From Patescibacteria group bacterium (GTDB lineage: Bacteria > Patescibacteriota > Patescibacteriia > PEXW01), in the NCBI GenBank assembly GCA_041665345.1, contig JBAYJA010000001.1, forward strand, positions 602,522 through 666,521: a DNA stretch of 64,000 nt, given 5' to 3'. Below are positions 27,183-33,983 of the stretch, one piece after another (position 1 is the first letter of the stretch; each line of letters begins with the position of its first letter). Below the pieces are notes generated by a model. It searched no databases and was not told the origin of the DNA. It was given only the letters and a program-made list of their open reading frames with translations. The translations under genes were made by a program, and so were the position numbers.

Positions 27183-28325
27183 TTAGGCCGAAGGTACGTT
27201 TGCGAGGGTGTACTCGCCGGTTGGGAGTTTGGTAAATTTGGAACGATTGGTGAGTGCCAGGTGGATGGTATTTCGTTTCACGACGCGCTGCTTCAGCACC
27301 TCCTGCACCAGTTCATCACGTCGCATTGGTCGGCCAGCTTTCTGTAAGGTAGTCACAAGTATGTCAGCAACTACGCCTGGCTGAAAGCCCCATTCCTGCA
27401 GAGCATAAATTCCACGGCCAATGAGCACGTACTCTTTATTGAGAATGAGCTCATTATGCACGGTTGGTGCGTACGCAGTCCGATGATCAAATTTTGCTTC
27501 ATTAATGAGCCGAGTGATCTCATTGAAGTGTAGGGGTTTCTTTGCCTTCTGTAGCACTAAGTGTATCTTATCATTCATTCGCTTGGGGACGATACTCCCC
27601 CACGCCACCAAGCCATACTCATCGTACGGATTACGAGCTAAAACCGTGCTGACATCAATGTACGCACTAATGGCGTTGTCGGTTAACTGAAAGCGGTGTT
27701 CCTGTGCGAAAGCGGTTTTTCCAATTTCTTGGAGCAATTCTTGCAATTTTATTGGTGTCTGACGTGCTTCGAGAATCCGCACCGCCTCGGTAATGGTATC
27801 AGCTACTAAGTGCACCGGGGCAGTCACAGACTGCCACGCTGGCCAGTAGCTTGGATTCTCCTGGAACCGCTTGCAACGATCAGCAAGCAAAAATTCCATC
27901 AAGAAGAGTGTGCAGGCGCGGTAGCCTGCATGCGTATCATTGACTCCCAAAAGTTGCTGCAGAAACATTTCTTCCCGCATGACTCCGCCGTGCTGGTCAA
28001 GCACTGTGGTAATAGCGTCTGCTACCGGTTGCAATAATTCATGCACGCCGTGCAATTTTCGGAGTTTCCCAATTGCGCCAGTGGCAATTTGACGAACCCG
28101 TTCTCGCGTCACCTTGTAGTAGGCACCAATCATCTCCAGGGTTTGCGCATCTTCTCCATTGAGGGCATGCCGACGACGCAAAATATCCTCTTCCCGAGTG
28201 GGTAAAGATTTTAGCAGCGTGGTTACCACCTCAACTGGGTTGAAGTGCTCAATCTCCTGGGTCTGCTTCTGGGAGAGTACTCGGTCGAGAATGGAACTGG
28301 TATTGTCGCTTTGCACGTTGTCCAT
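27183..28325 (-). CDS. Sigma-70 region 4-like HTH protein with large C-terminal domain of unknown function
   Basis: Residues ~45-100 LPTREEDILRRRHALNGEDAQTLEMIGAYYKVTRERVRQIATGAIGKLRK match the sigma-70 r4.2 HTH. Start placed at ATG (MDNVQ), because the -10 box lies inside the longer GTG-started ORF. Confidence 0.55.
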   Translation of the reverse strand: MDNVQSDNTSSILDRVLSQKQTQEIEHFNPVEVVTTLLKSLPTREEDILRRRHALNGEDAQTLEMIGAYYKVTRERVRQIATGAIGKLRKLHGVHELLQPVADAITTVLDQHGGVMREEMFLQQLLGVNDTHAGYRACTLFLMEFLLADRCKRFQENPSYWPAWQSVTAPVHLVADTITEAVRILEARQTPIKLQELLQEIGKTAFAQEHRFQLTDNAISAYIDVSTVLARNPYDEYGLVAWGSIVPKRMNDKIHLVLQKAKKPLHFNEITRLINEAKFDHRTAYAPTVHNELILNKEYVLIGRGIYALQEWGFQPGVVADILVTTLQKAGRPMRRDELVQEVLKQRVVKRNTIHLALTNRSKFTKLPTGEYTLANVPSA

Positions 28326-28351
28326 ACAATGGATTTCGCTAATCGTTGCAT

Positions 28352-28380
28352 AGTATATCACTTTGTTTACAACATGTCAA
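28352..28380 (-). promoter_or_regulatory. Sigma70 promoter TTGACA-N17-TATACT for the three-gene operon
   Basis: Reverse complement reads TTGACAtgttgtaaacaaagtgaTATACT, ~27 nt upstream of the ATG at 28325. Confidence 0.5.
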
Positions 28381-28429
28381 GTTTTTGTGATGAAATACAA
28401 AAAGACTCACCCCACCAATGAGCAGTCTT

Positions 28430-29332
28430 TTACGCCCGCCGCCGTTGCTTCCAGTTGTTCCAAACAACGAGCAAGGATGCAGCGACAAAAATAGAGGAAT
28501 ACGTTCCGGCGGCTATCCCGATGAGCAATGCAAGAATGAAGTACTGTATGGAACCCCCACCAAAGAGCACAAGCGCAATGAGAATGAAAATTGCTGTAAG
28601 TGAGGTGTTGATTGACCGAACCATGGTCTGGTTCAAACTTTCATTCACCACCTCGTCAAAGTGCTTTCCGACAGACTGTAATACTCGTTCTCGAATCCGG
28701 TCGTACACCACAATGGTATCGTGGACAGAAAACCCAAGGACAGTCAAGAGGGCGGTGACGAAGAGCGCATCAACTTCGACGCCTCCAAAGTGGCCAAGGA
28801 TGGCGAAGACGCCGATGACAATGCCAACATCATGGATGAGGGCAATAATTGCCGAAGCACCGTATACCCATGACGGCACAGGACCAGCGGACACTTTCCG
28901 AAACGCCCAGGTAACGTAGACAACAATCAAAGCGAGTACAAGAATAGTTGCGACAATTGCTTTACGCTTCAGTTCGGCACCAATGGTTGGACCTATCGTT
29001 TCAAAACTTGCTTCCGCAAAAGTTGGGTCCTGCTTCTGCAGCGCCGCAAGAATCGTATCGTGCTGCTCATTGGTTATGTGTTCCATCCGAAGGATGATCC
29101 CCTTGCTTTCACTGGTTTGCACATGCACTGTACTCACACCAGTGTCACGAACTGCTTTTTCCAAATCAGCCGTGCTTGGCACAGTTTCAGCAAACGAGCC
29201 ACGGAGCAATGTGCCGCCGGTGAAATCAATACCCAGCCGTAAACCCCAGACTGCCCACGCCACAAGCCCAGGAATGACCAGAACGAGTGAGAGGGTAAAG
29301 AAGATGTTTCGCTTTTGGACTATCCGGTACAT
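28430..29332 (-). CDS. secF: Protein translocase subunit SecF
   Basis: Six-TM RND-like topology with a conserved SecF periplasmic domain, immediately downstream of secD. Confidence 0.85.
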   Translation of the reverse strand: MYRIVQKRNIFFTLSLVLVIPGLVAWAVWGLRLGIDFTGGTLLRGSFAETVPSTADLEKAVRDTGVSTVHVQTSESKGIILRMEHITNEQHDTILAALQKQDPTFAEASFETIGPTIGAELKRKAIVATILVLALIVVYVTWAFRKVSAGPVPSWVYGASAIIALIHDVGIVIGVFAILGHFGGVEVDALFVTALLTVLGFSVHDTIVVYDRIRERVLQSVGKHFDEVVNESLNQTMVRSINTSLTAIFILIALVLFGGGSIQYFILALLIGIAAGTYSSIFVAASLLVVWNNWKQRRRA

Positions 29333-29335
29333 AAA

Positions 29336-31054
29336 TTACTTCGGTTCAGACGAATCAAGACGGACACCGTACAAGCTCAATTTTTGCGCCCATTTGAATT
29401 GTATGACCAAGCGGAGCAAATTCCGGGTCACGGTAATTGCAGAGAAGAGACTTACCACAATACCAATGAGTAACGTAATGGCAAAACCTTTAATGAGACT
29501 GGAACCAAACCAAATGAGAATGAGCGCCGTAATCATGCTCGAAGCATTGGAGTCTCGAATGGAAAGCCACGCTCGTTTAAAGCCTTCTTGGATTGCGCTA
29601 TCCAACGGGTGCCCGGCTCGCAACTCTTCTTTCGTTCGCTCAAAAATGAGGATATTCGCATCAACAGCAATGCCTATGGTCAAAATGAATCCAGCGATCC
29701 CAGCTAAGGTGAGCGTCACTGGCCAGAGTTTGAAAATCGTCAGCACCAGCAAGGTGTACAGACCCAACGCGATCACCGAGAGGAAGCCTGGTAAACGGTA
29801 GAAAAAAATCATGAATAGTGCCACGACGATGATTCCCAAAAGCCCAGCAAATAAGCTGCGCTGAATTGAATCTGCACCCAATGAAGCACCAACGGTTTGC
29901 TGGCTCACAAGGGTAACGGGAACAGGAAGCGCGCCGGCATTCAGGCGACGGGCCAGGTCTTTTGCATCTTTCAACGTAAAGCTTCCACTAATAACCGCAT
30001 TGCCACCGGTAATTTCCTGATTCACCGTTGGGTTACTGAGGATTTGGCCATCCAGGAAGATCGCTATGGTCTTCCCAATATTCCGCTTCGTAATTTCAGC
30101 GAAGAGTTTTGACCCCTCGTCGTTGAATGTGAGAGCCACCTCAGGCTCGCCAGTCGTTTGCGCAAACGTCACGTCTGCACGCTTCAACTGCTTGCCAGTT
30201 AAGCCAGTAGCAACAAATTGTGCACTCGTTTGGGCAGCAGGATCGGTAGTGGTGAAAAGGATATGACTTCCTCGAACTTCTTGCACATCTTTCCCATCAA
30301 CCTTTGTTGTCCGGGCTTCAATGCGCTTTATAATGTGGTAGCCAAATTGCGTTTTCACTAACTTGGACGTCACTTCTCCATCTTGCAGGTCATCGAAGAG
30401 GGCTTTCTCAAATTCCGCAACAAATGTACCACGCTGGGCAAAACCTAAATCGCCACCCTTTCCCTGTCCATCAGTTCCTGCATTACTTGGGTCTTGCGTA
30501 TTCTCATTTGCTAACTTCGCAAAGTCTGCGCCAGCCGTACGTGCCTGGGTTAAAATGCTTTCGGCTTTTTTCTTCACTTCGGCATTGGCTTTTTCAGCTG
30601 CCGCCTTCTGCTCAGCTGTAGGTGCGGGTGGCGTTCCCGCTTCTTGAAATTCCAAAATTGGCGTGTCACCAATGAGCTGGATTGCTTGGGAGATGTCCTT
30701 AATCCCAGCAAGCTCCACAATGATTCGCCATTTGTCCCCTACTCTACTGGTTTGGACTACTGGTTCTGATACTCCAAAAGCATTCACACGCTGTTCAATA
30801 ACGTCACGTGCGCTATCCAGTGCCGCGGCTTGATCAGCCGCAGCCAGAGCCTCTGTATTTGCTTCGTAGACCAAAGATGCTCCACCCTGTAAATCCAGCC
30901 CCAGGCGGAGGTCAAAAGACCGTTGCAAAAACGGCAATTTGACATTCAATTTTTCAGGAAGGGCAATGTGGGCGGTAACCGCGGTCAAGAGGATTATCCC
31001 ACCAAAGGCAGACCAGAGTTTTGTTCGTGTCGTCATAGGGCAAAAACGCGCCAA
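29336..31054 (-). CDS. secD: Protein translocase subunit SecD carrying an inserted parvulin-type PPIase domain
   Basis: SecD TM1 plus LGLDLQGG and a C-terminal six-TM bundle. Between ~aa 141 and 270 lies a rotamase domain (ADFAKLA...KGGDLGF...FVAEFEKALF...GEVTS..VKTQFGYHIIK..SHILF). Confidence 0.85.
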   Translation of the reverse strand: MARFCPMTTRTKLWSAFGGIILLTAVTAHIALPEKLNVKLPFLQRSFDLRLGLDLQGGASLVYEANTEALAAADQAAALDSARDVIEQRVNAFGVSEPVVQTSRVGDKWRIIVELAGIKDISQAIQLIGDTPILEFQEAGTPPAPTAEQKAAAEKANAEVKKKAESILTQARTAGADFAKLANENTQDPSNAGTDGQGKGGDLGFAQRGTFVAEFEKALFDDLQDGEVTSKLVKTQFGYHIIKRIEARTTKVDGKDVQEVRGSHILFTTTDPAAQTSAQFVATGLTGKQLKRADVTFAQTTGEPEVALTFNDEGSKLFAEITKRNIGKTIAIFLDGQILSNPTVNQEITGGNAVISGSFTLKDAKDLARRLNAGALPVPVTLVSQQTVGASLGADSIQRSLFAGLLGIIVVALFMIFFYRLPGFLSVIALGLYTLLVLTIFKLWPVTLTLAGIAGFILTIGIAVDANILIFERTKEELRAGHPLDSAIQEGFKRAWLSIRDSNASSMITALILIWFGSSLIKGFAITLLIGIVVSLFSAITVTRNLLRLVIQFKWAQKLSLYGVRLDSSEPK

Positions 31055-31119
31055 TGCGCCATCCCAGTGTACCAGAAAAAGCCCGGCTGTAAAGCCGGGC
31101 GTTAATCCAGTTGCGTACC

Positions 31120-32502
31120 TTACTCCTGCACAACCACCGTACTACCAACGGTCATCCATTTGAACACCTCAGCCGACTCCTTGGGCGAAAGACGGACGCA
31201 GCCATGGGACACGCGGGTGCCAAGATGACTTGTTCCTTCGTAGTAGACGCCGCCATTCTTCAAACGCCAGTACGGTAATGAGTGAATACCATACGCTCCA
31301 TCGGCAGTAATTGCCATCCAATTATCCATGTACAGCGCGTACCGGCTGGAATACGCGGTGGGAATTTTGTTGTGAATTTGGAACGTGCCAATGGGCGTGG
31401 GCATTGACCACTTTCCAGAAGAGATGACATGCGTGGCAATGAGCTGCCCATCTTGGTAGCGGTACATTTTCTGTTCGGAGATATCAATGCGAATTGCTTT
31501 GCCGGTTGGAGATGCTGGCGCGCTTGTTGGCGCGGCTCCAGGGACAACCAAGACTTCATTCTCTGCATCCGCATCCACATTCACCGACGCGACATTCAAC
31601 CCGTAGGTTGCATTTTTCCCAAATGGTACAAAATTCACACCACCGCGTGCACCATCAACTTGGTAGCTAATCACACGACCCTCTTTTCCAGTAGTGGTGC
31701 CAATAAGAATTTCTGGAACCGCGCCTGCAGTGGCCACGCGAACTGCACTGGGTGTACCCGCGCTAGTGAAAGATTGGAATACCTCACCGGTTGGCTGAAA
31801 AATTTTTACCAGCGCATTGGTGTCTGCACTTACAGCAATAATTTCTGCTGCCTGATCACCATCAACATCCGCAACGGAAACATTCAAACCTTTTCGAAAG
31901 GCCTGTGGGTACGCGAAAAATTGGTGTACGCGAGTTCCGTTGCCCCGGAAGAGTACCACCTGTGGTCCACCACCTTTGCCCGGCGCGGCAATAATTTCTG
32001 CCCGACCATCCGCATCAATATCTCCAACCGTAACCGAAACACCACCTCGGAAAGCTTTATCGAACGCCAAGAATGCAGCACGGCGTATGCCGTCCGTGCT
32101 GTAGACACGAATCTCCGGCGTCGTCCCCTGCCCAAAGGCAACAACGACTTCTGGGCGACCATCTGCATTCAAATCACCAAGTGCCACACGTACAGCAGGG
32201 AGGCCTTTCACATTCTCCAGGTACTTCGTTGTGATTACTGAACCATCCAAACGCAGTAAAGAAAAACTTGGCCGCACTCCAGCAGGGCTGCCTATGATAA
32301 TTTCTGGTGTACCATCCAGAGTCGCATCCGCAATCACGACGCTCGCCCCAGCCGGAATTTTTGGCAGCGTTCGAATGATCTTTCCATTCTGGTCGTAGAC
32401 CCCGGAGACAACCTTTGCTGCAGCTTGTGAAATTTGCCCAAAACAAAAGACGCCTAATGCTATGGCGAGTACTCCCAGATAGTGGATGGATCGTAAATGC
32501 AT
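31120..32502 (-). CDS. Secreted L,D-transpeptidase (YkuD domain) with N-terminal FG-GAP/VCBS-like repeats
   Basis: Signal peptide, then repeated DxDGDGxxE-type units (DLNADGRPEVVV, DIDADGRAEIIA, DVDGDQAAEIIA), and a C-terminal YkuD catalytic motif SHGCVRL. Confidence 0.7.
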   Translation of the reverse strand: MHLRSIHYLGVLAIALGVFCFGQISQAAAKVVSGVYDQNGKIIRTLPKIPAGASVVIADATLDGTPEIIIGSPAGVRPSFSLLRLDGSVITTKYLENVKGLPAVRVALGDLNADGRPEVVVAFGQGTTPEIRVYSTDGIRRAAFLAFDKAFRGGVSVTVGDIDADGRAEIIAAPGKGGGPQVVLFRGNGTRVHQFFAYPQAFRKGLNVSVADVDGDQAAEIIAVSADTNALVKIFQPTGEVFQSFTSAGTPSAVRVATAGAVPEILIGTTTGKEGRVISYQVDGARGGVNFVPFGKNATYGLNVASVNVDADAENEVLVVPGAAPTSAPASPTGKAIRIDISEQKMYRYQDGQLIATHVISSGKWSMPTPIGTFQIHNKIPTAYSSRYALYMDNWMAITADGAYGIHSLPYWRLKNGGVYYEGTSHLGTRVSHGCVRLSPKESAEVFKWMTVGSTVVVQE

Positions 32503-32682
32503 AAATTTCCTTTATTTTTGTTTAGTATGATTGCATTATAGCACAATATTGACGCTCTGTCAAAGAATCGGACTACTATTTTGTCTCCCAATCAAATTCT
32601 GTATAGGTCACGCCTTGTTGCTGCAGTGTAATTGCCTTTTTGATGTACGGGATGACATTATTGTTCATAGATGCTAAAAAAG

Positions 32683-32711
32683 TTGACACACTTTCAGCTT
32701 AGAGGTAGGTT
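32683..32711 (+). promoter_or_regulatory. Candidate promoter TTGACA-N17-TAGGTT
   Basis: Perfect -35 box with a weak -10, ~35 nt upstream of the GTG start of the small gene. Confidence 0.35.
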
Positions 32712-32745
32712 TGAAAAAATAAACACACTACCTAAGGAGGAGCCC

Positions 32746-32961
32746 GTGAGTAAAGTACCAGATACGTTAAAGGATTCTTTCTTGCAATTCTCACGTAACG
32801 GCCGCTGGGGCACATGCGCCGCATGTCCAAGAGACTCAAATGGTCATGCCTACCCTGAGTTCTGTTATTTCACAGAACGTTACGACCACCAACTAGACGT
32901 TGATGAACTTGCGAGCACATACAAAGTGTATACACAAAATGCTCCGCCCGCATCAGTATAA
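32746..32961 (+). CDS. Small Cys-containing protein (71 aa), unknown function
   Basis: AAGGAGG RBS 6 nt upstream of the GTG start and its own terminator. Sequence contains GTCAACPRDSNGHAYPEFCYF. The longer ATG-started ORF at 32671 would contain the promoter. Confidence 0.4.
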   Translation: MSKVPDTLKDSFLQFSRNGRWGTCAACPRDSNGHAYPEFCYFTERYDHQLDVDELASTYKVYTQNAPPASV

Positions 32962-32970
32962 GAACTTTCA

Positions 32971-32997
32971 ACCCACTGCAACGAGTGGGTTTTTTGT
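32971..32997 (+). terminator. Rho-independent terminator
   Basis: Stem ACCCACT/AGTGGGT with loop GCAACG, followed by TTTTTGT. Confidence 0.55.
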
Positions 32998-33028
32998 CTG
33001 CTGAAACGTATACATGCACTAGGTGCTG

Positions 33029-33427
33029 CTATGCAACTTCTAATTCCTGAAAACCAGTCGTTGCATCAAATACTCTTTTATATTTCACATCCTCAAAAAG
33101 ACCAATCACAATTTCAACTGTTACTCCAACTCTGCAACTATCCTTCAAATGACCGCCCAGCACTTTTCCTTCTTGATCTGAAACTGCAATGTGGATATGA
33201 CAACCATCTGCGGAAATCGTGCCAGTCCCAGACACAATCTCAAATGGGCCGACCAAATTTTTGACTATCTGGTTCTCTGCTGTGGCACCAGCCATACGGA
33301 GGTTAGCATTTTCTAAAGCACCAACGATAGAAAGTAATACACCGGCGGAAATATGCTTCGTCCGATTCTCAATTTCCTCTTTGAGGAGATCTCCTGGATG
33401 TAATCGAAAGGTGAGTTGCTGCATATA
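33029..33427 (-). CDS. PPC (DUF296) domain DNA-binding-like protein
   Basis: Start placed at MQQLTFRLHPGD. The beta-barrel PPC/DUF296 family signature (GxxLxxxI..F, ISADGCHIHIAVSDQEGKVLGGHL) is present. Confidence 0.55.
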   Translation of the reverse strand, partial: YMQQLTFRLHPGDLLKEEIENRTKHISAGVLLSIVGALENANLRMAGATAENQIVKNLVGPFEIVSGTGTISADGCHIHIAVSDQEGKVLGGHLKDSCRVGVTVEIVIGLFEDVKYKRVFDATTGFQELEVA

Positions 33428-33435
33428 AATACTTT

Positions 33436-33879
33436 CTAGTAAAACTTCTTTTTGGGAAAAAACATGTCGATACACTCTTCCAGGTCATGCATCAAGGGTA
33501 GGTCTGTTGCATTTTCTGGGGTGACCCATTGGTAGGCATCATGCTCACCATCCCGAATTTGGATGACAGGAGCGTTGGCTAAGGCGAGTGAGAACATAAC
33601 ATAGGCAAAATCAGAATCAGCATATCGAACGTAGACTTTCCGAAAGAACTGCAAGTCTTCTTCGGCAACCTGTATCCCAGTTTCTTCAAACAATTCACGA
33701 ACCATAGCTTGCACTTCCGTTTCACCTAGCTCCATCTTTCCGGCTGGCACACCCCATTTGCCGCCATGTGACTTGTGCAAAGGACGGTGCAGCAGCACAA
33801 ACTTCCCATCATGGACTACCCAGCAACCAACGACGGGCCGACGGGGTTGAAAATCTTTGGGTGGTTCAGAAAAAATCAT
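33436..33879 (-). CDS. NUDIX hydrolase
   Basis: Nudix box GGKWGVPAGKMELGETEVQAMVRELFEETGI. Confidence 0.8.
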   Translation of the reverse strand: MIFSEPPKDFQPRRPVVGCWVVHDGKFVLLHRPLHKSHGGKWGVPAGKMELGETEVQAMVRELFEETGIQVAEEDLQFFRKVYVRYADSDFAYVMFSLALANAPVIQIRDGEHDAYQWVTPENATDLPLMHDLEECIDMFFPKKKFY

Positions 33880-33983
33880 TGAACCTTAGCAATTGCTACG
33901 CCCCATGACACTTTTTGTACTTCTTCCCACTCCCATCCACCGACGCTGCTGCTTTGGTGGACTCCGCTTGTGGGTCTAGAAAA

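Noticed and set aside
28983-29801. 272-aa plus-strand ORF spanning the secF/secD junction
   Set aside because: It is antisense to two conserved, well-supported genes, with no RBS or promoter.
32671-32961. Longer ATG-initiated version (96 aa) of the small Cys protein
   Set aside because: The TTGACA -35 box and the AAGGAGG RBS both fall inside this longer ORF. The internal GTG with a perfectly spaced RBS is the more plausible start.
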